From the human T2T-CHM13v2.0 reference genome, Homo sapiens: DNA of 64,000 nucleotides. The stretch lies in assembly GCF_009914755.1 (NCBI RefSeq), contig NC_060939.1; one strand, given 5' to 3'. Of the stretch, positions 13,472-28,697 are shown in pieces (position 1 is the first letter of the stretch; every line of letters starts with the position of its first letter). The notes below the pieces were generated by a model that did not search any database, was not told where the DNA came from, and was given only the letters and a program-made list of their open reading frames with translations. Position numbers and translations under genes: made by a program.

Positions 13472-14329
13472 TAACTTCTAATCCAACATCCTTACTTTTA
13501 TAGTTTCCTATCACTACAATTAGCCCCTTCAGACATGTGCTTTTCAAGTTCCTGAACAATTTGAGGCCACCTCTTCATTAATTGGCCAAAGTTGTCAGTG
13601 ATCATACCAAGTTAGACAGAGGTGACCGGCTAGGTGAGAAGCTGGTAACTGTCTTTGGCCATGGGAGCTTTAGACATGGGCTCATCTGAGGACAACACAA
13701 GGTTATCAGGCACAGGGTGAAGGCTTTCTTTCAAGTTCACAGTGCCCAGACACACAGACCCTGAGTTTTTGAAAGGCTCTGAAAGTGCTTAGATCATAAA
13801 GCACACATCACATGCTGTAGTTGTTGTCATTGACCTGTGTTTGTCTCTAACTGCATGAGAACTCTCAAAGCTGTCACATGGGGGTCAGGCTGGGCCAGCA
13901 GGATTGTAGAAGTACGGACCAACTTCCACGTTTTCCTGAAGTATCTGCTCTGTCTCAGTTTAGGGGGAGACAGAACCACCTAGAATCACTGACACCTTGA
14001 TTCAACACAATCCGCAGACTGGGTGATTACATAAAGCACTTTGGTTTTTTCATATGTTTGTTTGTTCATTTTCTTTGCCTGTCCTCCACTCAAAGCACTT
14101 TGGATTCAGCTACTTCGGATGTCCAGTAATGCCAAACATTCCTGGAATAAGACCAAACTTGCCTCTCCATGGAAAGACTGGTAATCACATAACAAGGGAT
14201 ATGATGATATTGGTAGCATGCTGAGGTCAGCTGGGTAGACTGATGCTCAGAACAGATTTCAGGACTAAAGACATGGGGTTATAATGTCTCATTATTTCTT
14301 CCCATGCCACATGGATGGTGTCTCTTTAT

Positions 14330-14475
14330 TGTTGGGCACGTCATTCTCACCTCCGTGCCTTGGTCCCAGCTGTTCCTTCTTTCCTGGAGGACGGTCTGTC
14401 TAATCATAATTATCCAAGACAGACTCCAGATTATTCAAGTCTGCTTATTCTTCAAAGCTCAACTCAAATCCTACC
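14330..14475 (+). mobile_element. L2 fragment
   Basis: cacctccgtgccttggtcccagctgttccttct...ttcttcaaagctcaactcaaat. Confidence 0.55.
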
Positions 14476-14479
14476 AAAA

Positions 14480-14620
14480 CAGTACTGCATGATGGGAAAA
14501 CCATGGACTTCGAGGTTGACCAGATCTGAGATGGGCAAACAACCTCTCTGAATCACAGATTCTTTATCATAAAATTCTGGGTCATAGTGAGGATTAGGGG
14601 TGCTCAAAAATGGTAAGTAT
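14480..14620 (+). mobile_element. MIR fragment
   Basis: gggcaaacaacctctctgaatcacagattctttatc...gtgaggatta. Confidence 0.55.
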
Positions 14621-14799
14621 TACAACTTTCATTATTCCAGCCAATTACTGATGCCCTTCTCTCATTAATACCAAAAACCTGAGACTTATAACCACATCCT
14701 TCAGGATGTGTATGATTTGTACAACATTTTGGGGATTTCATCGTCTCCCCAGACATTCTTGAGGGCAGGGAAGGCACCTCACTTCTTTGAAACAGAGAT

Positions 14800-15010
14800 T
14801 CAGTTACACTGAGTATCCACTTAGGGAGCCCTTGCTTTGTGATAAGTACTGGGCTGCCTTCATTTAACTCTCCAAAGAGTCCTGAGGAAGCAATTTTTAT
14901 CTCAGTTACAGACAGGAAAACTGAGGCTCAGATTTATTGGTTGCATGTCCAAAGCTGCACAGCTAGCAACTGGCACTCTGATCTTGAAGGCAAGCCCTCT
15001 TTACCTACAA
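14800..15010 (-). mobile_element. MIR
   Basis: ttacagacaggaaaactgaggctcaga...tgtccaaagctgcacagctag. Confidence 0.75.
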
Positions 15011-16019
15011 GTGCTCTCCACACAGAAGGGGCTCAAGTGCAAATACTGATTGATGGGCTGGATCCCACTCATATCGCTGGTCTAATTGCATCCTTTTCTT
15101 CGTGGCAGCTTGGCCTGCTGTCCCCTGGCTGCCAAGATGTTCTTACTCACACTGCTCTGCCTTCACTCTTGCCATTGTGTTGAGAATCCATCAATACAAA
15201 GCTGTACAATTCTAAGTACCCAGGAAGTGAGCAGACCATATTGCACAGGGCAACTAAGTGGTAAGAGTGAAAACAGCGTAGCAGACGGAAGCCCTAAGCA
15301 GGTCCTCCAGGCCAGAAGGAGGGATGGGAGAGGGAAGACACTGGGGGCAAGTGACAGATTACCTAATCCTAGAAACAGGTAGAAATATTAATTCCCTTTG
15401 GGGTAGAAAGTCAGAAGCAAATGTAGCTACAATCAGTCATAGCATGCTAATAGCCAGGGAGTCACATCTGATGCTCCTGGAAATAGACTGCTCACCTCGT
15501 AGGTCAGAAGGCAATTACCTCCATTCAGCTCAGGAAATGCCTATTTTTCAACCAGTGAGCATAATGTTTGGGGATTTTTGCTCATCTGTTGTTCCGCCTC
15601 CATTGGAAAGAATATATAAAAGTCATAGCCAAAGGCAAAACACTTGCCCCGCTGACAAACAGCCCATTGACCATGGCAAATCCTCTACTGCTAAACTATT
15701 AGAATTACGACTCGCTGCTTCCTTGGCAAATACCTGCCCTAGATGAAGTGCTCCAAACGCTGTAGCTGTCTCTGTCTATTCCCACCCCTCCAAAGACTCT
15801 ATGATGTTTAAAGGCCACCTGAAACATTCTCAATAAGGTACACAATGCAGTTTAACAGACACTAACATCTTAAAGGGCTGACCTAGATTTATCTACTCCA
15901 GGTGCACAGAGATTGGTATGTGCACCCCACTCCCCATTTCCACTTACTTTTCAGTTGAAACTACTATGATCTCACTGTCTTTTCTTTTACACCGAAGGAA
16001 AGAAGGAATCATCCAGAAA

Positions 16020-16040
16020 GGGTGCGGGTTGTGGGGCGGG
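16020..16040 (+). other. G-quadruplex motif containing a GC box
   Basis: GGG-TGC-GGG-TTGT-GGGG-C-GGG. Confidence 0.55.
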
Positions 16041-16074
16041 CACAGTGATAAAGGCAGAATAAAGAAAGAAAAGG

Positions 16075-16800
16075 GTATTTTTTGAATGTCCACCATGTAT
16101 ACATCATCCTGATTTAAACCTAATCACCTTCAGGGAAAAGTATTCTTATTTTATTTCTATTCAGGTGAAAGGTCCATCAGATGCAATTAGCCATTTTAAA
16201 GTGCACAATTCAGTGGTATTTGGTGCACTCACAATAATCTGCAACCACTACCTCTTTCTAGTTTCAAAACAGTCTCATCGCCCCTGAAAAACAACCCATA
16301 CTTATTAAGTAATTGCTCCCCATCCCCTTCTCCTCTCATGTCCTCTTAATGACTAATCTGCTTTTTGTCTCTATGGATTTGCCTATTATGGATATACCAT
16401 ATAAAAGAAATCATGTAATATCTGAACTTTTGTGTATGGTCTTTCTTTTAGCTTAATATTCTCAAACTTCATCTAAGTTGTAGCATATATCAGTACTTCA
16501 TTCCTTTTTATGGCTGAATAATATTCCATTGTATGTAAAAACCACTATTTATGTATCCATTAATCAGTTGATGGATATTTGGATGGTTTCTGCTTTTTGT
16601 CTATTATGAATAATGCTGCTCTAAATATTCAAATTTCTGTGTGAATATATGTTTTTCTTGGGTATATACTCAAGAGTGGAATTGCTGCTTTACGTCTGCT
16701 TTAAGATGGGGAAACTGAGGCAGGAACCCTGCCTGAGGTGATTTAGCTTGTTCGTGGTAGAGTCAGGATTGGAATCTAGTCCAGACCACTCCAAAACCAC
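16075..16800 (-). mobile_element. MIR split by an L1MB insertion
   Basis: MIR 3' part at 16075-16150; core (agatggggaaactgaggc...gagtcaggattggaatc) at 16700-16800. Confidence 0.65.
16150..16688 (-). mobile_element. L1MB 3' end (5'-truncated, L1MB2/3-like)
   Basis: ccattttaaagtgcacaattcagtgg...ctatggatttgcctatt...gagtggaattgctg. Confidence 0.88.
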
Positions 16801-17127
16801 TTTTTTTACTTTTGTTTTTATAAGAAAAGTAGTCCATTCACAGGTCCATCCACTATACTTAGAACTTCTCTGGCTAAAAATTCAGTGAATAACTATTTTT
16901 GTCAGAAATTACTAACTTTTACTCTCCACTCAAACACCCTGAGGTCGAGTCAGGATTGGAATCTAGTCCAGACCACTCCAAAACCACTTCTTTTACTTTT
17001 GTTTTTATAAGAAAAGTAGTCCATTCACAGGTCCACCCACTATACTTAGAACTTCTTTGGCTAAAAATTCTGTGATTAATTATTTTTGTCAGAGATTACT
17101 AACTTTCCACTCAAACACCCTGAGGTC
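16760..17127. repeat. Head-to-tail tandem duplication (187 + 181 bp)
   Basis: 16760-16946 versus 16947-17127; about 7 substitutions and one 6-bp indel by eye. Confidence 0.97.
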
Positions 17128-18259
17128 ATATGATTAATACCACTAATTTGAACTCATGGATCCAATAGTTTCATTTGGTTCATGCTGAGATCTGAGCTTT
17201 TTGTTTCCCAGGAAAATCAATAGCAGCAGACTTTATCTTGTTAGATCAAATATAACTTTTATTTTTAAAAGCTCCAATTATGCCCTAATGCACTGTTTAT
17301 GTACTCAGAGGGCTTAATGAGATAATAAATGAAATTTTAATTTGACAATTAATAGTATAAAAGTGTTAGGATATTTTGAAATTAGGAAGGCTTTTGTGTG
17401 ATTTTCTTTTCTTATTAGCCCTTGTTTTAGGATATAATTATACTTGTGTCACATTATGACTGGGCAGCAACTCAATTATTAAGAAGTAGAAAAATGAGTA
17501 AATTTCCTACTCCTGTGCCTTTTGTAGCAAGTTATGAAAACAAAATAAAAAGTAAAATGTAATCAGAAATGCTAAGAAATGGTGTAATTCTTTCATTTCC
17601 AATCATTCCCGGGTAAGAAATGGCTGATCAAACAGCCAATACCTTTATCATGAATATTCTTCAGGAATGTAAACTGATAAGACAGCAGATCCTGGAAGAA
17701 CTTGGGTTCTCGGAATGAGGCAACGGAAAATTTAAAATGTGTGAAATATGTTACATATACAATTACAAAGTAATTTCCTCACACACTGTGTATGCACACA
17801 CACACACATCCAAGCCCAAACACCCACACCTACAGCATGAGTTTTCCAGGGTTCCAAAAAAGCAAAAATACTTGGACCATTATTTAATACACATTTACTC
17901 AATATTTGAGGGTGCCAAGCATGAAACATTATAAAGGAGTTAAAGTAGATGGAATCTCAAAATACAAGGCAAGCAAAAATCAAATTATAAACCTTAGGTT
18001 TAGCTAAAGTGAGTTACTGACAACTAAGTAAAATGTTCTTCATGTCACCAAATCCCAAGTAATCTTTATCTATATGTCATGTCTATTAAAAAAGCAAACA
18101 ACTGTTTTTCAAACTAGCAAGAGCCAAATCTCTTTCATTTTTCATTTATTCAATAATCACTGGATGCTCACTATAAAAGTAAAATTTTTAAAAATGAATG
18201 GAAAACCCAGTCCCTGTTGAGAAGACACGGACTATACCCAGGAAATAATAAAACTTCAC

Positions 18260-18399
18260 TCTTCTTCTCAGAACCAGGTGGCAAGAGAACAGAACTTCCT
18301 GTATCAAGCTGACTTCTAGCCAAAGACCAAAGAACAAATATCAGTAAAGCAAGTAGAAACTGTTTGTTGAGTGAGTGAATGAATGAATGAATGAATGAA
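18260..18399 (+). mobile_element. L2 3' tail with (TGAA)n
   Basis: aactgtttgttgagtgagtgaatgaatgaatgaatgaatgaa. Confidence 0.6.
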
Positions 18400-18713
18400 A
18401 TACCGCAGACAGAATAAAGACCGTCGGATTTACTTGGAAACTACAGACTGGGTAAGGGGAGACTCAAATGTGGGTGTTCAAGGAGGTAATAGGCTTCAGT
18501 TAGAGAGGTCAATAGAGGATGTTTCTGGACCACTTTAGACATGCAAAAATTAACTTGACAGGCAATACATATCAAAAGTCCTAAAAGCTTTAAGAGTGTT
18601 TGTGTCTTAATAACAATAATTCTAAGAGTTTTTGTTAAAAAAATGGCTCAAAAGATGAAAAAATTTAAAAGTAGTAAAGTTTTAAAAAATATAAAATGGT
18701 ATTTAAAAGTTAA

Positions 18714-19054
18714 GACGGGGTGTTGGCAGCTCACACCTGTAATCCCAGCACTTTCGGAGGCTGAGGCGAGAGGATTGCTTGATCCCAGCAGTTCAAGGCT
18801 AGCTTGGGCAACATAGCAAAACCCCATCTCAGCCAAAAAACAAAAAACAAACAAACATTATCCGGCCTTGATGCTGCAAGCACCTGTGCTACTCAGGAGG
18901 TTGATGAGGAGGGAAGATTGCTTGATCCCAGGAGGTCAAGGCTATAGCAAGCCATGACAGCATCCCTGTACTCCAGCCTGCGTGACAGAGCGAGACCGTG
19001 CCTCAAAAATAAAATAAAATAAAATAAAATAAAATAAAATAAAGTAAAATAAAA
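18714..19054 (+). mobile_element. AluJ with (AAAAT)n tail
   Basis: aggattgcttgatcccag J-type arms; aaaatggta...aaaagtta on both flanks. Confidence 0.93.
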
Positions 19055-20299
19055 TGGTAAAAAGTTAGAAACAACCTCAATGTCTAACAATAAGAAATAA
19101 GAACATTATGGTAAATGAATAAATAAAATCAAGTCTTTGGATTTAAGGAGAAGCAGATGTGAAATAGTGTTAAGTAAAAAAGATCCATATGAAAATGTTG
19201 TTAGTACTATAATGCATGCTTTTACACATTATTGTATTAATAAACACCAGAGTTTCAAACAAGGAAGAAAAATGGATTCCTGCTGGAGGAAATGGCACAA
19301 AGAAGGCCCACGGGTTTGAAATGACGGAGAGAAGAGGAAAAAATGGAAGACTTGATTAAAACAATTTCAACTAGTTGCCAGGATTTAGGCCCCATTCATT
19401 TCTGGTTAAGCACGGAGCTATGATGAAGTTAACCTAAGATTTTAAGAAACACTGGCACTTACGGAGGGAAATCTAGGTACTTGTATTTCCTATGCTTGCC
19501 ATAGGATAAAGGGCCTACACGACCCATACATTACAAATTTGCCCTTACAACCCATGTAGGGTAGGTCCTACAGACACAACATATATAAGAATGGGAACAA
19601 AGAATAGTCAAGACTAGATCTTCCTATCCCCCACAAGTGGGTATCCAGGCCTAGATATAGATGGCAAGCTACCGTGGGATCACTTCCTTCTCCTCATTGC
19701 CACTACAGTTCTGAGAGGGAAGCTTTACCTCCACGATCATCTACTCATCTGTCGTCATCCCTTGTCCCACAGTCAGAGCCTCTGACACCGTGGATGTTTT
19801 CAGAGAGCCATTCACACAGGTTACAAAGATACAAGAGAAGGATGTATATCTGGAAATCAGAATGCACCTGTAGACATTAAGTAAGTCAAAAGTCAATCTG
19901 TGCTTTAAATATAAAGTCTACTTCGGTCTGGTTTGAGTACTTAACTGATACTTAAAACACTGATACTTAAAAGAGAAAGCCATATAGAAAAATGGCTTTC
20001 CTGGATCCGCATACCAAAAAACTTCAAGTGCTTCAGCATGAAACTACTGATCCATAAATTGCAGAGGTCCCACCACCCACCCCCTCTCCCAAAGTGCTGG
20101 ACTATTTTGAAATGGAAAGCATGAGCTTCTGATCAAGCTCTTCTGCCATACTTACTTGTCCTTGGCATTGGTTACTTAACAGTGTAGGTAATAGCTGTCT
20201 ATTTACAATATTCTTATTATGTTAAGCTCAGCTCTTTCTTGGATAGTGGTAACATTTCCAAGTTGAAAAAGTACCCTGCAGGTCTCTGAGAAATGGCTA

Positions 20300-20786
<487 letters not shown>

Positions 20787-23129
20787 CTACCTTAAATGTT
20801 GTAGATACATTGTTATGATCAGTACCGCATTTAATTCTCATTCAACCAGTCCAACTCCTTTTTCTAAGGAACCTAACTGCAATCTTTTAAACCATCAGCA
20901 AAATCATTTGGTATTCTTAGACACCCACAAACAGTGCTACTAGTAGCTTGGATAAAGACAATTTAGGGGGTGGATCCCTGTACACCAAAGGTAAATTGAT
21001 AAAACATTTTCCCTATAATATTTACCTAGATACATAATTTTCAAAGGAAAATAAAATATAATCTCTATCTAAAAATTCTAAGACCTATAAAAGGGGCAAA
21101 AAACATGTGTTACCCTCATCTGGTATAAATGCACTAAGTAACTTGGTAAAACTTTGGGTTCATCATGAAATGAGTCTGGGCATATTAAAAATTCAATGTT
21201 TTGTCCAAGTTTGAACTGGACAAACAGGTTTATCTCTGAAAGCTACCTCAGATAAACAGAGGTCACTAAGAGTGGTTATCTAAGCTGTGTGGCATTTATT
21301 TATTTTTGCATTACAGATTTCAAAACAAAGAGAACAGAAGTGAATGGCACTAATCCTGATGGGAAAAGCCCTCATAATTTCTTCTTTATATTCCAAAAAC
21401 TTCAGTGATTATACTTAGAGGCTTCCAAGGCGAATCTCCTCAAATGTAGTAGCTGTAACTGTAAATATTCTGCTACCGATTTTCTTTAAAAGAAACTGAA
21501 TGGAACGTAACCAATTGTTTGTGTAAATAACCAGACCTACATCTCCATTCTCAAGCCTATTCAAAACCCCTCCCTTCTCCTTTGACTACCATTTCATGAG
21601 CCCCAGGAAAAAGGGGTCTAGGCCCATTAGCCTGGCTTCCTTTTGCCATCTCTGCCTTTCCCTGCTTCTTTGGGTACCAGATCTTTCTGTCCTTGTAGGA
21701 GGATTTGAGAAGGAGAAATCCTGTCCTCCTGCCCTGAAGCCTACATGATTATAGCCCAGGAATAGCGGAATGCAAAAACTGTGACCAGAAATCAAGTGGT
21801 CCAAGAGCGGGGAACAGGATGGTGAGAGAGCACTGTAGGTGAGATTGAAACCAGAATGAAGACAACTCAACATACGTCTTCTTTCAGGTCCTTCCATGCC
21901 CTAGCCCATTGTAACCACAGGCCTGAATGAACTCACAGGCCTCCTTGAGAAAGCCAACTTTACCAACCTTTTGAAGACCCTTCGTTTTAACAAGTGTGGA
22001 TATTCTATTGGGGCATTGGGGTGTCAAGGGCCAGAAACTTTAAAAGGGAAAGAAAGAGAAGAAAATCAGGAAGTGGTATAACAAAGGCCTAATTACAAGG
22101 GAGGAGTGTCTCTCTACAGACAGGTCACTGGAAGGATGCCAATGGCTCTCGCCGCATAAAGGAAAAGATTGTTATAAAAAGATTTTTAAAAAAAGAAGAA
22201 GAAGAAGAAAGAGGCATGGCAGTGGAGACTGGGAGGGTGGGGCAGAGAATAGGGAAATGAATAAGAATAATGACTTAAAAGCTTTCTTTTTTTTTCTGGT
22301 TCTCTTCTTTCCTTTCCGCAGATGCTCAGCTGAGCCAGTGCAGCTGGCTCCCTGACAAATGTGGAAAAATCAGCCAATTTGAGCTGGTTGTTAGCACTCC
22401 GGGTACAGAGGCTCAGATAAATGAGGGCCTGCCTCAGGTGTGGCAGCTGAGCTTCCCGAGTGTTCTCAAATGATTCTCGGCCACCGCGAGGCCTCCTGGC
22501 CTTCAGGGCCTCATGGGTGCTCCCTTCTATTTCCTGGCTCCACATTCTGATAGGCGTGACCTTGGAAGAAGCATCTTCCTCCATTTGTTCCTCCTCCCCT
22601 CCCCTTCCTCCCCCTGACCAGGTCTCCTTCCTTCAAACTGGTGGGGCTTCCTCCCGCTCACTTAGTAAAAAGCCTATAGCACAAGGTCTCTTGTCCCCAG
22701 ACGTTTGAGCACAGATCTGATAGCCCAACTCAAGACCCCCTCAAAAATGCCTGATGTGTATTCCTTTTCAAATCACTGCATTGGTCCACAGAGTCTGTTG
22801 ATATGCTGGCAGAATACCCTGGGGTTTCCCTACAAGACAGTGAAGGCTTCTTTGTAAATGTTCACTAACACCAAATAGTACGCCCCACATATTTATGTCC
22901 TCATTGTTATGTCCACCACAGAGTATGAATATGAAAAAAGAATGCACATCTGACCATTCTGTTCAAGAAAAGCAGTCAATATTTTGAGTCAAGTTCAAGG
23001 GGAAAATCGTTTTCTTGCAGGTAGCTGTGAAAGTTCCTTGCTTATCAAATTGTCCCCTTTCCAATGATTCTTGTTTATGCATTGATAAATAAAAAGAACA
23101 AAAATGAGGAACTAAGATATTTAGGAGCT

Positions 23130-23590
<461 letters not shown>

Positions 23591-23731
23591 AGAATTTTAG
23601 GTCTTTTGTTTCAGTAACACATTGAGGTCTACACCAGTACAATGAAGTGGCAGCTACAGTAAAAATGCACAGGGAATACATACATTGTGTCATATCATCA
23701 GTTACCCTTTAAATACAATATAATATCTTCA

Positions 23732-24024
<293 letters not shown>

Positions 24025-24139
24025 AATATCTTCAAAAGAACCTAACGTAATTTTTACACCATCCTCAAATACATTTTAGGAGCCTATAAAGTCCACAGTG
24101 GGTCAAAAAGTTTTTTATGGAAGAAGAGATGATATTGGG

Positions 24140-24142
<3 letters not shown>

Positions 24143-24170
<28 letters not shown>
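24143..24170. repeat. (TG)14 microsatellite
   Basis: Read directly from the sequence. Confidence 0.97.
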
Positions 24171-24174
<4 letters not shown>

Positions 24175-24369
24175 ATTACTGCTATTCTTATAAACTGAAA
24201 ACAAAATATGTTAGGTGCTTGAATTGGTTGTTCTCAGACGTTTTGATGTGGGAAGTACTAGCTGGGAGCTTGGAGGGGAGGGTCAACATAATTGGTTTGT
24301 TTGAATTATACTGATTTGCAGATTAAGTAAGAATGTTTGTGTGATTTAGGAAGAGAATGATAGCACTTC

Positions 24370-24500
24370 AGAGGTGAAAAGGTATCGGATTTATAGGGTC
24401 TATTCTCTCATTAAATCAATATAAAAATAGAGGCTCAGAGAAGGAAAACAATTTGTCTACGAACATACAGCTGTCTCGTGCCAAACATGAATCTTCCGAG
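24370..24500 (-). mobile_element. MIR fragment
   Basis: aatagaggctcagagaaggaaaacaatttgtctacgaacatacagctg. Confidence 0.55.
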
Positions 24501-25274
24501 AGTCAAGTCTGTTCTCCTTCCAGTTTTGCATTAGTTTTATTTTACATGACATTCTCTACAATATTTTAAAGAAAAGATATATTTATATGTCATTAACTTT
24601 CTAGAAAGTAATATTTTTATTAATATTAAAAACATCTTCAAAAATTGTTTTTCCCCTGAGAATGGCTGCTTCTCAAATAGTGTGTTTTAAAAAATTAAGA
24701 TAGTCTACTGATATACTCAAATACTCACATTTATCTTCTTAGAAAGCACCCATGTATATCTTCCACATGATAGTTATGGCTTAAAAAAAATTCAAATTTA
24801 TGTTGCTGCTGTCCCATCTACCCATCTCTACAATAGAAGATTCTAAAAAGTGATTTTGTCACCAGAAACCCACATTTTCTCCCATCTGGACCTTGAAGTT
24901 TCCTTTAACTTTGCTTTAGTGATTGGGCAAGTCATCTTTCTTTCTGTGGCTTTAAGAATTGCCCATGATAAAGTAAAAGAGCCATAACCTCAAGGAAACC
25001 ATTTATTAGGCTTAATCAAAACATAATACTCTTGTTTATGTCTTCAACACATTGTTTATGGAGAGAGTGAGCCACAATGCACAGACACTATCACGATGCT
25101 CCGGTGAAGATGGGTGATTTAATGCCCAAGAGCACAACTGAATCCACTCTAGAGACCAATAGGTGTGGCTCAACCATAGCTTCAAAATTTCAGAGGAAGT
25201 TCAGAAACCCCATATGGGTTTGCTTTGCTTTTTCTATTCCTTTTAACCAAAGCTGCCTTCATCATGTATAATCT

Positions 25275-25803
<529 letters not shown>

Positions 25804-26154
25804 CCACCATGTATATTTCTGACAGCCTCTTCACAAGGCTGATAACTATGTGATATTCTTGACAGGTCCCCAGTGTCTCTCTCAGCTTGGCCAGGGCCCA
25901 CCCACCTACCCCTCTGTAGAATCTCGAAACAACACCTCAGCATCCTGGGAGACTGGCATGATAATATTCGTTTTTCAGAGCAAGAACCAAACTGACAAGG
26001 AACAGCCATAGGAGGCTCAGATCAGGGCTATCTCCGCTCAGTGACAGGGAGGTCTGTCTCTTTGGGAGAGGTTGAAGACAGCTAAACTGGAGTGGTTGCC
26101 AGGGGGAGAGGGGGATCCAGAACACAATAAACAACCACACTGGATTCTGCTACA

Positions 26155-26640
26155 GTCACAGCATCCCAGAGCTAGAAGAGAGCCTGAAAATCATCAAGCA
26201 TGGTGGTTATCAAGCAGTTGTTGCTGATGTGTTCAAGCAGTGGAATTCTTTTTGAAATTAAATCTTCTGTGGACCCCTGGCATAGAAAACAATTAAAATT
26301 GAGGAAGAGGTTGCTGAGCAGTGAAAACATCCTCATCGTTTGATAGAAAGATTCCTCTCACGGCATACGGAGCCCTGAAACACTGCTGTGGGAAGTTTCC
26401 CAGGCTCCATTTGAACATGGGGTTCTCAAAAGAACAGTGACAGGGAGCTCACTCCCACTAAGGCTCACTCCACCATAGGTAGCCCAGACTAGCAGAGGGT
26501 ATCTTCCTGGCACAGACCTGGAATCTGACTCCTGCTAGCTTATATTCATGGATGTTAGCTTACCTTTGAGGCCAAATAAATTAGCTGGTATCCCCATTTC
26601 ACATGGGAAAATCTTCATATATTCAAAACTAGCAGGTTGT
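26155..26640 (-). mobile_element. L3/CR1 LINE 3' fragment, interrupted by a DNA transposon
   Basis: cacagcatcccagagctagaagagagcc tail; gacagggagctcact...tcttcatatattcaaaactagc. Confidence 0.65.
26203..26420. mobile_element. hAT-Charlie MITE (MER112-like)
   Basis: gcagtggaattctttttgaaattaaatcttctgtggacccc; decayed ends. Confidence 0.5.
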
Positions 26641-27939
26641 CTTTTAGACATGCCCTTCATTACATGGCAGGCTGTGTCCATGCCCCATCTCTCCCACACA
26701 TGTGCCCAAGCTCACCCCACCTCTGCCCCTGCCGCGGCCTTATCAAGACTTCCTGTACATCTGTCTGTGTGTGCTGGGGGCTCAGCCTTCACGAGGACCC
26801 AGAGGCTCCTTAGGGAAATCCACAGGCCCTTGTGCATGTGAACAATAAGGAAAGGAAAAGATTTTGCTTTTGGGTTCTTCATCCCCCCTCCCACCAGCTT
26901 CAAAGTTGACCCCACCCGTTCTGAATTGAGGGCGATGAAAACTGGCTTGTGGCCATTTAGAAGAGGATCAGATTCTGGAGGCAAATTCTAAACAGACTTT
27001 GCATGTGAAAAGAAAATAAAAACAGCTGAATTACAGACAAGAAATTAATCTGCCCCTTTCCCCCTCAAAAAAAGGCATCCTAACAGAACTACTTCAAGAT
27101 TGCAAGGGGGACTTCCTGCACAGTAACATGAAACGTTTCCATCAGATCAACAGCTGGAAAAGCAAAGTTTTTTTTTTTAAGTGTTAACATTTCACAGTTA
27201 CAATCGTTTAACAGATGTAAAATTATAGGATATACTTAGCGTTTAGGTTTTAAAAAATTATTAGCTAAATATCTTTTGGAAAATACAGTTGATGGTGAGT
27301 TCTTCTTGATGATGATGGCAAGAATATTTTAAATGTTCATTACACTAAAGAAAAATGTTCATTATACTAAACCATACTTTAATCAGCTTAACGTGTGGCT
27401 TACACAGGTTTACCTAAGATTAACTGGACATTTTAAGGCCTGGGAACAGATTGTTCTACTGACCAGCCAACTAATGTAAAAGATGAGAAGAACCAAGACT
27501 GGGAATGATATCAGATGCAAAGTGAACATCCCATAATCGAAACGGATAATGACACACTGGTGAGTGAAGGGACATCAGGATCACAGGTTCAAAGGCAAGG
27601 AGATCCTTGTCCAGGGAGCATGCCTGGGAGAGCAGGGAGAGGTGGTGTCCAGCCACTGCCCTTCAAGTAGGGGAAAAGTGAGTGCAGAGGATTGAACCAG
27701 AGAACAGAAGCTGCTAACCTGACGGAAAATAGACCTGGTGAGTGAAGGTTAGTGGAATTGGGGTGGTTTTGACCTCAGAAGAAAGAAAAAGGGCAATTTG
27801 ATTACTATTGTCCAGCACATGACTGACCCTTATAAGAGGCTTTAGGGAAATTAAATGAAAGCAGGAGAAATTCAGGTGGCCATTTCCAGAGGGAGATCAG
27901 GCAAGCAAAGCGGGAAGTGATCAGCCAGGGAATTAGAGG

Positions 27940-28075
27940 ACCTGGGTGGACCCAGCTTGTCACTATCATGTGGGGACACCTGAGATAAGCATCTTACCCT
28001 CTTGGGCCTCAGTTTCTTCATCTTTAAGATAAGAAGACTGTAGCAAATGACTATGAAGATTCCTCCAGCTCATGA
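27940..28075 (+). mobile_element. MIR3-like
   Basis: ccctcttgggcctcagtttcttcatctttaagat...gattcctccagctc. Confidence 0.7.
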
Positions 28076-28697
28076 TGATCTTTTAATTAAAAATAAATGG
28101 AAAAAAAAGACCTCTCTTAACTGAGGTTAGTAAAAGTATCAAGCAGGTTTCTGAGGACACTCCATTTTAAATTACCTTATTATTGGGCAAATGTCTAACC
28201 CACTGGTTTCTTGTAAGTCCTTCCAACATTCTGGCCCTGGCCTGCTTTGTCCCATCCCAAGTTGCAGTCTCATCACTCTGTCCCTCACCACTGTGATAAA
28301 CACAATAGTTACCAATCCATGGTCTGCTGGAGGAAACAACGCTTTTGAAAAATGAATTAAAAATCCCTGTGAGGGCGCAAGAGTGTGCTATAAAAAGGTC
28401 ATTAATAACTCAACTTAGGGCTCAGATTCCCATTGGAACTATCAACCACAAAATAATCTGCTTCCTGGCTGAGTAAGGTAAGGGCTCCAAGAGGAGCACA
28501 AAGCCTTTGAAGCTGAAATGTTAAGAGTCAGAGGAAGAAAACTAACGTGATGTGCTGGGCTAGTTTCCTTGAAATAGATTTAAGCTTTACAGTGCCGCTG
28601 GGAGACGGGCATTTATTATATCTACCACTATAAGCAAGCAATCAAAATTCAGAGAAGTCAAGACGGCTGCCCAAGGCCACATGGGTAGATTGTGGAG

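Noticed and set aside
15324-15746. Longest ORF (140 aa, +)
   Set aside because: No recognisable homology or exon signals; this length is expected by chance in 64 kb over six frames.
19944-19972. 15-bp tandem duplication; a similar 22-bp one lies at 27331-27371
   Set aside because: Ordinary slippage duplications.
21586-21897. 103-aa minus-strand ORF
   Set aside because: No recognisable protein family or supporting gene structure.
22186-22584. 132-aa minus-strand ORF (MEEDASSK...)
   Set aside because: It runs into low-complexity poly-F and no domain is recognised; PhyloCSF or Ribo-seq would be needed to support it.
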